64,000 nucleotides of DNA from a virus: positions 10,231 through 74,230 of IMG/VR virus record IMGVR_UViG_3300017978_000305; one strand, given 5' to 3'. Shown here piece by piece: positions 21,665-34,097 of the stretch. Both the position numbers and the translations under genes were made by a program. Every line of letters begins with the position of its first letter. The stretch's first letter is position 1. The notes under the pieces are model-generated. The model was given only the letters and a program-made list of their open reading frames with translations, did no database searches and was not told the origin of the DNA.

Positions 21665-22433
21665 GCCACCACTACACAAGTATCTTACAGACTTTGATAA
21701 GTACAATGGCGATTTGCCAGTTTACCTAACTAACCCATTATCTGAAGAAGATGTTGCTCAGCTAAGATCAATCATAGACTTGCACAAAAACAGAGGGGTA
21801 TCTTCTGAAGTAGTCACAGTTGGCAGCAATGAAGAGTCAAAGATTACAAGTAGGTTTGATCCCAGAATTATGGTAAACCTATCCAGAATGGTGATAGAGT
21901 TTGACTTTCCAAAGTCCGTAGAGGAAAAGATTGATGGCTTTATTAAGCCTATGTACAAGGAAGATATTCGACTGTCACACTTTAGCTACTTAGACTATTC
22001 CCCTAAGTATGGAAATGGAGTCTTTCTGCCTTCGCTACCACCACACATAGATGCAGCAGAAACACTGCTAACTTTTAATTATCAGCTTGATGCAAATATT
22101 GATTGGGACATTTATGTTTCTGGCAAGCCATACTCTTTGAAGAATGGAGATGCTCTAGTGTTTAGTGCAGTAAACCAGGTTCACTGGAGACCAAAGCGAA
22201 AGTGGGAGCCAGGAGACTTCGTAGAGATTTTGACAATCAACTATTCGCCAGTCGACAACTGGAGGTTTACTGGAGAGGATGATCCAATTGATCCGAACAA
22301 GTATCCAGAGGATCACCTAGCATACCTAAAGTCTTTAGAGTCATACCCAGAGTTTACTAATTCGTGGGACCAATATAATAAAATGGGTCTTGATATTGGT
22401 ATTGCTGAAAACGTCCACGGTGTGCTAAAATAG
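21657..22433 (+). CDS. 2OG-Fe(II) oxygenase-like protein (HxD...HWR type) 3
   Basis: 'LPPHIDA', 'NQVHWRP'; ATG at 21657 follows GGAG (track start 21618 is less likely). Confidence 0.7.
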   Translation: MPRPPLHKYLTDFDKYNGDLPVYLTNPLSEEDVAQLRSIIDLHKNRGVSSEVVTVGSNEESKITSRFDPRIMVNLSRMVIEFDFPKSVEEKIDGFIKPMYKEDIRLSHFSYLDYSPKYGNGVFLPSLPPHIDAAETLLTFNYQLDANIDWDIYVSGKPYSLKNGDALVFSAVNQVHWRPKRKWEPGDFVEILTINYSPVDNWRFTGEDDPIDPNKYPEDHLAYLKSLESYPEFTNSWDQYNKMGLDIGIAENVHGVLK

Positions 22434-22440
22434 TATCACT

Positions 22441-22752
22441 ATGGAAAATAATACAAGTGCTTCAACAATTGATATGATTAACGGTCTATCTGAAATCGCT
22501 GATTTCATGGACGATAAAGAACTAACCGATGCATTAACTTTTATTGCAAAGATTATTCTTAAGCCAGATATTCCAATGAGCGTAGCTACAATAGAGATTG
22601 TTAGGTTACAAGCAATTGCTGCCAAGATGGCATTTCGTGCAACATGGTTAACTAACGTAGATAAGGGAGATAGAGCGAAAAAGAATATTTATTATACAGC
22701 TGCAGAGTCGATTAACAATCTAGTCGCAGCTCTTAAGTATATTATTCGCTAA
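22441..22752 (+). CDS. Hypothetical helical protein (possible recombination mediator)
   Basis: 103 aa, upstream of the Cas4-like nuclease; function inferred from context only. Confidence 0.45.
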   Translation: MENNTSASTIDMINGLSEIADFMDDKELTDALTFIAKIILKPDIPMSVATIEIVRLQAIAAKMAFRATWLTNVDKGDRAKKNIYYTAAESINNLVAALKYIIR

Positions 22753-22760
22753 GTGGTATT

Positions 22761-23567
22761 ATGGCTAAAAACTTTTTACAACAGGTAATGCTAAAAAAGC
22801 TAGAGGCAAAGCAAGACTCATTTCTTGACACGCAAGAGCTGATCGACAAGATTCAGTATGGTTATATCGCTAAGCGTGAAACCAAGTTTGCTCAAAAGAA
22901 GTCTTTTGCTCCAAGCACTATTGCATACTCCCACGGAGAATGTCCACGATACTGGTACCTAGCATTTGAGGGTGCCATGTTTGAGGACAATGCAGATGCT
23001 TACGGTGGTGCAAACATGACCAACGGAACTAAGTCACACGAGCGTATTCAGCAGGCTATGGCAGATGCAGGAATTCTAGTAGACTCAGAGTTCAAGGTAG
23101 TGTCTAACGATCCTCCAATCTTTGGTTTTGGTGACGTTATTCTAGACTGGGCAGGCGAAGAGCTTCTTGGAGAAATCAAGACCATGCCAAGCGAAGGTTT
23201 CGAGTATCGTAAGGCAAGCGGTAAGGCAAAGCTAGGACACCTAGTTCAGCTGCTTATTTATATGAAGATTCTAAACAAGACGAAAGCTGTCTTGATTTAT
23301 GAAAACAAAAACAATCATGATCTTCTGATAATTCCAGTTCAGATCAATGATTATTACATCAGGTGGGTAAACCAGACGTTTGAGTGGATGAGGACAGTTC
23401 GTAAGGCATGGGTTGACAAGCAACTGCCTGAGAAGAACTACCGATCTAATTCAAAGATTTGCAAGACATGTCCTCTAAAGGCAACTTGCGATGAGGCTGG
23501 CAAGGGACTAATTAAAATCAAGTCCCTGGAGCCCATAGATGAAAATCAAGCACTGTCAATGGTGTGA
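22761..23567 (+). CDS. Cas4/AddB-like PD-(D/E)XK exonuclease
   Basis: 'GECPRYWY' ... 'GDVILD...GEIKT' ... 'CKTCPLKATC': 1+3 Cys Fe-S pattern. Confidence 0.8.
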   Translation: MAKNFLQQVMLKKLEAKQDSFLDTQELIDKIQYGYIAKRETKFAQKKSFAPSTIAYSHGECPRYWYLAFEGAMFEDNADAYGGANMTNGTKSHERIQQAMADAGILVDSEFKVVSNDPPIFGFGDVILDWAGEELLGEIKTMPSEGFEYRKASGKAKLGHLVQLLIYMKILNKTKAVLIYENKNNHDLLIIPVQINDYYIRWVNQTFEWMRTVRKAWVDKQLPEKNYRSNSKICKTCPLKATCDEAGKGLIKIKSLEPIDENQALSMV

Positions 23568-23832
23568 TAATCAATTTGAAACATCAATATCTTATCAAAT
23601 TTACTGCTCTCCTAATTGCAGGGAAGCAGCAACTAAAGAGAAGATAGCACAGAGGTACGCACAAACTCGCAGAAGCCGTAGACTTAACAAGGTCAGGAAA
23701 TGCAAGTCATGTGACGTACCTCTTTCTGCGTACAATGATGATGACTTATGTTCTGAGTGTTCTGTAAACCCTGTTGACGTTAAGAGGGCACTTAAAGAGA
23801 TTAAAGGATTTGCCAATGGTAAATCTGAGTAA
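23539..23832 (+). CDS. Double zinc-finger protein
   Basis: CQWC...YCSPNC and CKSC...CSEC motifs. Confidence 0.6.
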   Translation: MKIKHCQWCDNQFETSISYQIYCSPNCREAATKEKIAQRYAQTRRSRRLNKVRKCKSCDVPLSAYNDDDLCSECSVNPVDVKRALKEIKGFANGKSE

Positions 23833-24391
23833 GTTTGTTAATCTCCCAGAAACATTTATATCTATCGACGCAAGCACAAATAATATAGCCTATGCTGTTT
23901 TTAAAAACAAAGAGTTGCTTGCTTACGACAAGATACATTTTTCTGGCACTAACGTGTTTCAAAAAATTGGTAGTGCAGTTATAGAAGTTCACAAGGTATT
24001 CAAAGAGCTAGGAGTTCAGGCCCTGGTAATTGAGAGAGCTATATTTATAAATAGCCCAAAGACAATGTCTGAGTTATCTATGGTACAGGGTGCTATTCTT
24101 GCAGGTGCTGCACTCGCAGGGGTAAAGATATTCAAGGGTACAAATCCAATAGCATGGCAAACGTTTATTGGTAATGGCAAAACAACAAAGGATGCAAAGC
24201 TTTTGATGAGATCTAATAATCCAGGAAAGTCAGAGTCCTGGTACAAGTCTCACGAAAGAGAACAAAGAAAGCAGAAAACGATTTCTTTTGTTAATATGAA
24301 TTATGATATTAACATTGATGATAATGACATTGCAGACGCAATTGGCATTGGTCACTATTCAATAAAAAATTGGGACAAGCTAGGAGATTGA
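23816..24391 (+). CDS. ruvC: RuvC-like Holliday junction resolvase
   Basis: 'ISIDAST', 'VIERA', 'DDNDIADAIGIG' acidic catalytic motifs; internal ATG 23816 preferred. Confidence 0.75.
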   Translation: MVNLSKFVNLPETFISIDASTNNIAYAVFKNKELLAYDKIHFSGTNVFQKIGSAVIEVHKVFKELGVQALVIERAIFINSPKTMSELSMVQGAILAGAALAGVKIFKGTNPIAWQTFIGNGKTTKDAKLLMRSNNPGKSESWYKSHEREQRKQKTISFVNMNYDINIDDNDIADAIGIGHYSIKNWDKLGD

Positions 24392-24396
24392 CAATT

Positions 24397-24558
24397 ATGG
24401 CACCTTCAAATAAACTATATACGAATGAGATGTGGCTCAAGAAAAGATACCACATTGATAAGAAGACTCCTGATCAGATTGCAAAAGAGTGTGGGACAAG
24501 CGTAGAAACTATCTATGTTTATCTAGCTAAGTTTGGCTTAAGAAGATCAAGGCGTTAA
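24397..24558 (+). CDS. Small HTH protein
   Basis: 'KTPDQIAKECGTSVETIYVYLAKFGL' HTH. Confidence 0.6.
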   Translation: MAPSNKLYTNEMWLKKRYHIDKKTPDQIAKECGTSVETIYVYLAKFGLRRSRR

Positions 24559-24620
24559 TTTAGCTTTACTGCTAGGCCAGTTAGTGGTATAATTAATAGA
24601 TAAAGTTTATAGGAGAAGTC

Positions 24621-24914
24621 GTGGCACGCAAACCAAAATATGAAATGCCAGCAATTGCAAAAAAGTTTCACAGAGAAGATTCCCTACTTCTTGACGGATT
24701 TCAGATTAGCCATGGAGACTTCTTTAAGGTTCGTGGTGAGCACGGGGGCAAGTTTAAGTTCCACTCTTTTGTTACCAATACAGAGACTGGGGCACAGTGG
24801 GTAGACTGCTTTGAAGTTATCTCTGGAATGACATCTATATTTAGATCGTTTAAGACAGACAGAATAAAGCGAATCCCTAACAGAGGCAGAAGGGCCAAGA
24901 GAGTTGTCAATTGA
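24621..24914 (+). CDS. Hypothetical protein
   Basis: 97 aa, AGGAG RBS, GTG start, TATAAT upstream. Confidence 0.55.
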   Translation: MARKPKYEMPAIAKKFHREDSLLLDGFQISHGDFFKVRGEHGGKFKFHSFVTNTETGAQWVDCFEVISGMTSIFRSFKTDRIKRIPNRGRRAKRVVN

Positions 24915-25440
24915 GGACATGACCGTTGAACACCTTGATCAGGTCAACAAGGTTGTAGAAAAGTATTTGGCTGGACAAGAGCCAACCCAGATCTCTAAAG
25001 AGCTTGCCATGCCAAGGCAAAAGGTTGTTACATACCTTAACGAGTGGCGAGCCATGGCATCTGATAATGCTGCAATCCGTGCACGTGCTAAAGAGGCATT
25101 GGTTGGAGCTGACGCACATTATAACAAGCTTATACAAAAGGCCTACGAGGTTATTGATGATGCTACCACAACAGCAAACCTAACTGCAAAGACATCAGCC
25201 ATTAAGCTAGTTCTAGATATCGAAGCAAAGCGTATTGATATGCTGCAAAAGGCAGGTCTTCTAGAAAACAAGGAGCTGGCAGAAGAGATGCTAGAGATTG
25301 AGCGTAAGCAAGAGGTCCTTGTTGGAATTCTAAAGGACGTAGCCGCTGAGTATCCAGAGATTCGTGATGAGATCATGAGAAGGCTATCTGCTGTATCTAG
25401 AAACCAGGAAGTAGTTACGGTAGTTCACAGAGATGTTTGA
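24904..25440 (+). CDS. Putative terminase small subunit
   Basis: N-terminal HTH ('PTQISKELAMPRQKV') plus helical coiled coil, coupled to TerL. Confidence 0.6.
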   Translation: MSIEDMTVEHLDQVNKVVEKYLAGQEPTQISKELAMPRQKVVTYLNEWRAMASDNAAIRARAKEALVGADAHYNKLIQKAYEVIDDATTTANLTAKTSAIKLVLDIEAKRIDMLQKAGLLENKELAEEMLEIERKQEVLVGILKDVAAEYPEIRDEIMRRLSAVSRNQEVVTVVHRDV

Positions 25441-27208
25441 TGATTTCTTAGAAGCACTAAAGTCTGACAACTTTGAAGAAAGGCCCGTTGATGCCAAGAC
25501 CTTCGTTGAGGGTGAGGACTATCTTAATCAGCCACCGCTATCTCAGGTTCAGTATGACATTGTAGAGGCAATGAGTCAGATTTACAAGCTAGAAGACGTT
25601 ATAGAGCTTCTGGGTGATACCGAAGGGAGAAGGTATTATAAAAAGTATACTAAGAACGAAGTCATCCTTCAGCTGGGCAAGGGATCTGGTAAAGACTTTA
25701 CGTCTACAGTTGCGTGTGCGTATATTGTATATAAGCTACTCTGTCTTAAAGATCCAGCACGGTATTTTGGTAAACCTGCTGGCGATGCCATTGATATCAT
25801 TAACGTTGCGATTAACGCTCAGCAAGCGAAAAATGTATTCTTTAAAGGCTTTAAGAACAAGATTGAGAGGTCGCCTTGGTTTGCTGGAAAGTATAATCCA
25901 AAAGCCGAATCTATTGAGTTTGACAAGTCTATCACTGTTTATTCGGGACACTCCGAAAGAGAGTCACACGAGGGTCTTAACCTTATTCTTGCGGTACTTG
26001 ACGAGATCTCTGGATTCGCTACAGAGGTTGGAACTGGAAATGATCAGGGTAAGACAGCAGACAATATCTATAAAGCCTTCCGTGCTTCCGTTGATTCACG
26101 ATTCCCAGACCTAGGTAAGGTAGCATTGCTATCGTTTCCAAGATTCCCTGGAGACTTTATTTCTACTAGGTATGAGGCGGTAATCGCTGAAAAAGAAGTT
26201 GTTACAAAGACTCACAGGTTTGTTATGAATCCAGACCTTCCAGAAGATCAAGAAGGAAACTACCTTGATATTGAATGGGATGAAGATACAATCGTTAGTT
26301 ACAAGTATCCAGGTATGTTTGCTGTTAAGCGTCCTACGTGGGTAGTTAACCCTACGAGAAAGATTGATGATTTCAAGCTGGCATTCTTTACAGACATGGG
26401 AGATGCAATGCAGCGTTTTGCATGTGTTCCCACCTTCTCATCTGACAGATTCTTTAAGCAGACAGAGAAGGTTAAGGCAGCCATGACAATTAGAAATCCC
26501 TTGGATGCAATTAGAAGGTTTGATGAAAGCTTTAAGCCAGATCCAAACAAAAAGTATTACGTTCACGCTGACCTTGCACAGAAGCATGACAAATGTGCTG
26601 TAGCTATTGCTCACGTAGACAAGTGGGTAAACATTCAGGTAATCAAGGATTATCAGCAGATTGCACCAGTGGTAGTAGTAGATGCAGTAGCTTGGTGGGA
26701 GCCAAGGACTGAAGGCCCAGTTAACCTTTCAGAAGTCAAGCAGTGGATTCAGAACCTTCGCAGGCTTGGCTTTGATATTGGCATGGTGTCCTTTGACCGC
26801 TGGCAGTCGTTCGACATTCAGAATGAGCTTAAGCAAGTTGGCATGAGAACTGAGACGGTATCTGTTGCAAAGAAGCACTATGAAGATATGGCCATGTTGA
26901 TCTATGAAGAGCGACTAGCCATGCCCATGATTGATCTATTATTCGAAGAACTTTCAGAGTTGAAAATTATGAATAATAATAAAGTTGACCACCCACGCAA
27001 AAAGTCCAAGGACTTGGCAGACGCTGTGTGTGGGGCAATCTTTGGTGCTATATCTCACACGCCTAGGGACCTTAACCTTGAGGTTGAGATCCATACGTTT
27101 AAGGATAGGCCAAAAGATGAGGTTGACAGCCAAGGCTCTGGTGTGGTAAACTATAAGCCTATGCCAAAAGACGTTCAAGAATACTTGGCTAGATTCGATC
27201 TAATCTAG
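25433..27208 (+). CDS. terL: Terminase large subunit
   Basis: Walker A 'GKGSGKD', Walker B 'LAVLDE', nuclease 'HADLA...D', 'FDRWQS', 'KDLADA'. Confidence 0.9.
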   Translation: MFDDFLEALKSDNFEERPVDAKTFVEGEDYLNQPPLSQVQYDIVEAMSQIYKLEDVIELLGDTEGRRYYKKYTKNEVILQLGKGSGKDFTSTVACAYIVYKLLCLKDPARYFGKPAGDAIDIINVAINAQQAKNVFFKGFKNKIERSPWFAGKYNPKAESIEFDKSITVYSGHSERESHEGLNLILAVLDEISGFATEVGTGNDQGKTADNIYKAFRASVDSRFPDLGKVALLSFPRFPGDFISTRYEAVIAEKEVVTKTHRFVMNPDLPEDQEGNYLDIEWDEDTIVSYKYPGMFAVKRPTWVVNPTRKIDDFKLAFFTDMGDAMQRFACVPTFSSDRFFKQTEKVKAAMTIRNPLDAIRRFDESFKPDPNKKYYVHADLAQKHDKCAVAIAHVDKWVNIQVIKDYQQIAPVVVVDAVAWWEPRTEGPVNLSEVKQWIQNLRRLGFDIGMVSFDRWQSFDIQNELKQVGMRTETVSVAKKHYEDMAMLIYEERLAMPMIDLLFEELSELKIMNNNKVDHPRKKSKDLADAVCGAIFGAISHTPRDLNLEVEIHTFKDRPKDEVDSQGSGVVNYKPMPKDVQEYLARFDLI

Positions 27209-27228
27209 ATTAACTTAAGGAGAAAACA

Positions 27229-28179
27229 ATGAAGCTCAAAAAGCTTTCTATTGCCGTAATCACGGCACTTTCAGTTGGACTTGTAGGTATTAATGCAGCA
27301 AATGCAAATACCCAGACCCTAACTGTTTCGGGCACATCAGCTACTGGAGGAACCACCTCTGCAACTGCTATTGCCTTGCCAGTACCAGCAGACTCTGTGT
27401 CTGCATCTAATGCACTAAGCATTTCCGTATCTGGAACCGCTGGAGCTACTGTATCAGCAGCAGCCACCAACGCATTCCTGCTAACCACTTTGGCTGGTGC
27501 TACTGCAGCATCTGGTTCTGCCACCGCCACTGTTAACATTAGCACAAGCGGAACTGTTGAGCTTTTTGTGTTTACTAAGACGACAGCAGTTGGATCTGTA
27601 ACACTAAGCGTAGGAAACACTACCACGACCTATTTTGTAAAGGGAACTGCTGGTGCAGTTGCTAAGGTTGGTCTTGTGGCTCCAGCTACTGGAGTGGCAG
27701 GCTCAACTCAGTCTGTAGTTGTTTCTGCAACTGATAAGTACGACAATGCCAAGGGCAGTGGCTCTGTAAACTTGGTAATCAATACCAATGGAGTGGTAAC
27801 AACTACAACCGTTACAACTGAGACTGGTGGAACTGTAAGTCACGTAGTTACCTTGCCAGCTTCTGGTTCTGTAACTGTTACTGCTTTTGCAGCTAGCTCT
27901 TCTGCAGTAGCAACTATTGCTGTTACACAGCCACGTAACCTAGAGGCAGAGCTTGCTAAGGCAATTGCTGACCTAGCTGCTGAGAAGGCTGCTCATGATG
28001 CAACCAAGGCCCAGGTTCTAACTGTAACCGCACAGCTAGTAGCTCTACAGGCTAAGCTAGACTCTGCTGCTGCACTGTCTGCCAAGGAGACCAGAAAGCT
28101 AAAGTGGCAGTATAACACTTTGGTAAAGAAGTACAACGTAGGTAAGCCTAAGGCTCAGAAGCTTGCGTTCATCAAGTAA
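27229..28179 (+). CDS. Secreted Thr/Ala-rich Ig-like protein with C-terminal coiled coil
   Basis: AAGGAG RBS; Sec signal 'MKLKKLSIAVITALSVGLVGINAANA'; beta-rich T/A/S/V body; helical basic C-terminus. Confidence 0.7.
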   Translation: MKLKKLSIAVITALSVGLVGINAANANTQTLTVSGTSATGGTTSATAIALPVPADSVSASNALSISVSGTAGATVSAAATNAFLLTTLAGATAASGSATATVNISTSGTVELFVFTKTTAVGSVTLSVGNTTTTYFVKGTAGAVAKVGLVAPATGVAGSTQSVVVSATDKYDNAKGSGSVNLVINTNGVVTTTTVTTETGGTVSHVVTLPASGSVTVTAFAASSSAVATIAVTQPRNLEAELAKAIADLAAEKAAHDATKAQVLTVTAQLVALQAKLDSAAALSAKETRKLKWQYNTLVKKYNVGKPKAQKLAFIK

Positions 28180-28191
28180 TTGATATAAAAT

Positions 28192-28230
28192 GATGGAGGG
28201 GAAGGGGCGAAAAATCTCTTCCCCTTTATC
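28192..28230 (+). terminator. Intrinsic-terminator-like hairpin
   Basis: GATGGAGGGGAAGGG / CTCTTCCCCTTTATC, about 15 bp with G-U pairs, just after the stop; poly-U tail weak. Confidence 0.5.
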
Positions 28231-28261
28231 GTCACCAGATAAAAAAGAGGGGGTAAAATAG

Positions 28262-28646
28262 ATGTCCACAGATATTGTCTATTTCTCAAATCACTCTGGT
28301 AACACCAAGAAGTTTGTAGAAAAATTAGGAATGCCTGCAAGGAGGATACCCATAGATGGTAGCCCCATAGAGGTATCTAGACCGTACGTTTTATTTGTAC
28401 CAACTTATGGCGGAGGAGCTGACGGTCATGCAATTCCAAGGCAAGTCAGAAAGTTTTTAAATGTTGCTAACAACAGGGATCTCCTACAGGGGGTTGTTGG
28501 GTTTGGCAACACAAATTTTGGAGAGCACTTCTGCAAGGCAGCAGATATGATCTCTAAAAAAACAGGTGTGCCCATTGTTGCCAGGGTAGAAATATTTGGC
28601 ACAGACTATGATATTGAAAAGGTAAAAGAGAGGTTGGAAATACTGT

Positions 28647-28654
<8 letters not shown>
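28262..28654 (+). CDS. nrdI: Class Ib RNR flavodoxin
   Basis: 'VYFS..SGNT.KFV', 'PTYGGG', 'GNTNFG..FC.A'. Confidence 0.95.
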
Positions 28655-31705
<3,051 letters not shown>

Positions 31706-31722
31706 AGTCTAGTCATTTGATT

Positions 31723-31752
31723 AGGGGCATGGCTTAGGCTGTGCCCCTTTTC
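31723..31752 (+). terminator. Rho-independent terminator
   Basis: AGGGGCATGGC-TTAG-GCTGTGCCCCT followed by TTTT, after nrdF. Confidence 0.8.
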
Positions 31753-31818
31753 TATTGATATAAGCCAGTATAATAGTATCAGAATACATTCCAGCTACCC
31801 CAACAGGAGTGATGCAAA

Positions 31819-33888
31819 ATTAATAATAAAGTAGGTAGAGCTGCAGCTGCTCTAATTTTAGCGTTCCTACCAGTATTTGGCATATCCGATATGGCAAAGG
31901 CTGACTGTGTAAATCCAGGTCAAGAGGCTGCAATCGCTGCTGCACAGCAAGCTGAGACCACCAGCCCAACAGTTGTAGAAATTAATACTTGTGGTGGAGA
32001 CGACACATCTTACCAGATTCCTTTGGCGGTAGAAGTAACCTTTGACGGTCAGACATACTCTACCATTTATGTAACCACTAACTCTGTCATTACATTTGGA
32101 AGGCCAGATGGAACATATTGGACCTATCCATCCACACCATCTATATCGCTTTACTCTATGGACTGGGTGGTTTATCCACAATGGAGAGACGATGAGCACT
32201 TGATAATCAGGTCTTCAGATGGCGGTTTTCAGGTAGATATTTCAACTAGGCCTATTTGGCAACAAAATGCTGAAGAGCCTACAAACATTGTAATCACTGC
32301 CGCAATTCTTTCTGACGGCACAGTAGCCATGGCTTATAGCGTAGATGGTCCAACCTATGATGGTCAAACAAGAACTGGCGTTAGATTAAATGATGGGTCA
32401 ATAGTAGACTTTGAGACTTATGGCATTAACCAGGTAACAGAGTCTCCATCTCTATCACCTGTAGCAACCACAGAATCTCCATTTGTTCCAGAACCTACGG
32501 AGTCACCTACGGTATCACCAGAGACAACTGAATCTCCCACCGCTTCTCCAGAACCCACAGAGTCTCCTACTATATCTCCAGAGCCTACTGAGTCTCCCAC
32601 CATATCTCCAGAGCCTAGTGAATCTCCAACGGTATCTCCAGAGCCTACTGAGTCTCCAGTAATAGATCCTAATAGAATAGTTCTTATTGTTAATGAAGGA
32701 GATACCTTAAGCTACGTGGCACCAGAGGGATACATCATTAGCGATATTGAGTCAGCATCTTATGGTGCAGACAATGGTTGTCACGCCGTTGACTCTTTAA
32801 TTATTGTAGAAGCAGCAGCTACAACTAACTCACTAATTATTTCAGCAGACAATGGGGTATTTGGAGATCCTTGTGGTGGAACATATAAGAGGTTGAGCGT
32901 TGTTTTAAATATTGAGCAAGTTGGAGAATCAGAAACTAGTTCTTCCTCTTCAACAGTAAGTGAGTCAGCCCAAACAGAGTCCCCAACGCAGTCACCCCAA
33001 CCAGAGCCATCTCAATCGGCAGAGCCAACCCAAGAGCCAACACAATCAGCCAGCCCGACACCATTGCCCACAGAAAGCCCAACACCTACCCCAACACCAG
33101 AGCCACAACCAAGCCCAGAACCGACACAGCCCCCAGTAGTAGAGCCCAGTCCCATACCCTCTCCAGAACCTGAGCCAACACCCGTACCCGTAGAGCCAAT
33201 ACCGACTCCGAGTCCTGAGCCAGAGCCTTCTCCGACCACCACTCCAGAGCCCACACCAACGCTCCCCCCAACACCAGAGCCAACAGATACGCCTCAGCCA
33301 TCCCCTACTCCTTCTCCAAGCACGAAGCCTGAGCCAACACCAACACCCACGATGACACCAACGCCATCCCCAGTGACCACACCAACACCGATACCAACGC
33401 CATCTGAAACTCCAAAGCCTGCTCCTATTCCTGAACCAATTGTACCAGAAAAGCCAGTGGTAGTAGAAATCAAGGAGCCAATTACTTCAGAAAATATTGC
33501 AGCAGTTGTAGAGGAATTGGCAACGGTAGTTCCACAGCTACTTACTGAAGAACAGCAAACACTAATTGTAGAAGCTGCACTAGAAACTTTTAATACTGCA
33601 GAGCCAGGATCTGAAGAGTATGAGGCTGCACTAGATGCACTATTGATTGTTGCTCAGGCAGACGACATTGTTATTGACGAAGAGTTGGCAGCTGTTCCAC
33701 TTTTAGGTGATGCAGCTGTAGCAGCAGCAGAACTATTTAACGCTCTAGGAAATGCAGGAGCAGATATGTCTCCTAAGGTCCGTGAGCAATCAGAAAAGGT
33801 TGTTATTGCAGCCGTCATCGTAGGTCAAGTAGCGATGACAGCCACAGCAGCAGCCGCTAGTGCAGCAGTAGCTGCGAGGAGACCATAA
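31819..33888 (+). CDS. Surface adhesin-like protein: signal peptide, NIDO-like domain, 10-aa repeats, SUEL lectin-like domain, Pro/Thr stalk, C-terminal hydrophobic anchor
   Basis: ORF is open from 31813; ATT at 31819 lies 9 nt after AGGAG and gives the signal peptide 'NNKVGRAAAALILAFLPVFGISDMAKA'. NIDO-like 'VTFDGQTYSTIYVTTNSVITF'; SUEL 'ASYG...C...NGVFGDPCGGTYKRL'. Confidence 0.7.
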   Translation: MNNKVGRAAAALILAFLPVFGISDMAKADCVNPGQEAAIAAAQQAETTSPTVVEINTCGGDDTSYQIPLAVEVTFDGQTYSTIYVTTNSVITFGRPDGTYWTYPSTPSISLYSMDWVVYPQWRDDEHLIIRSSDGGFQVDISTRPIWQQNAEEPTNIVITAAILSDGTVAMAYSVDGPTYDGQTRTGVRLNDGSIVDFETYGINQVTESPSLSPVATTESPFVPEPTESPTVSPETTESPTASPEPTESPTISPEPTESPTISPEPSESPTVSPEPTESPVIDPNRIVLIVNEGDTLSYVAPEGYIISDIESASYGADNGCHAVDSLIIVEAAATTNSLIISADNGVFGDPCGGTYKRLSVVLNIEQVGESETSSSSSTVSESAQTESPTQSPQPEPSQSAEPTQEPTQSASPTPLPTESPTPTPTPEPQPSPEPTQPPVVEPSPIPSPEPEPTPVPVEPIPTPSPEPEPSPTTTPEPTPTLPPTPEPTDTPQPSPTPSPSTKPEPTPTPTMTPTPSPVTTPTPIPTPSETPKPAPIPEPIVPEKPVVVEIKEPITSENIAAVVEELATVVPQLLTEEQQTLIVEAALETFNTAEPGSEEYEAALDALLIVAQADDIVIDEELAAVPLLGDAAVAAAELFNALGNAGADMSPKVREQSEKVVIAAVIVGQVAMTATAAAASAAVAARRP
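32494..32658 (+). repeat. 30-bp coding tandem repeat (PTESPTxSPE), about 5.5 copies
   Basis: Units start at 32494, 32524, 32554, 32584, 32614 and 32644. Confidence 0.9.
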
Positions 33889-33889
33889 A

Positions 33890-34075
33890 ATGATGCACTT
33901 TATAAAGTCTTTATTTAAAGACATGATTGATCAAGCATGGACATTGCTTGGTATGTTTGTAGCTTGGGTAGTTTTAGAAGGCTCAGCCAAGGATGTAGTT
34001 GGCATGCTTATCTGGATTACTCTAGGCGTTTGGGTACTAACATTCCCACTACGCTATGAAAAAGAAGATGATTAA
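33890..34075 (+). CDS. Small two-TM membrane protein
   Basis: 61 aa, two hydrophobic helices, coupled to the adhesin-like gene. Confidence 0.6.
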   Translation: MMHFIKSLFKDMIDQAWTLLGMFVAWVVLEGSAKDVVGMLIWITLGVWVLTFPLRYEKEDD

Positions 34076-34097
34076 TCATCAGAAAGGTAGGTAAAAA

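Noticed and set aside
22761-23567. Cas4-like gene suggesting a CRISPR system
   Set aside because: No repeat-spacer array or other cas genes seen; solo Cas4-like nucleases are common in phage recombination modules.
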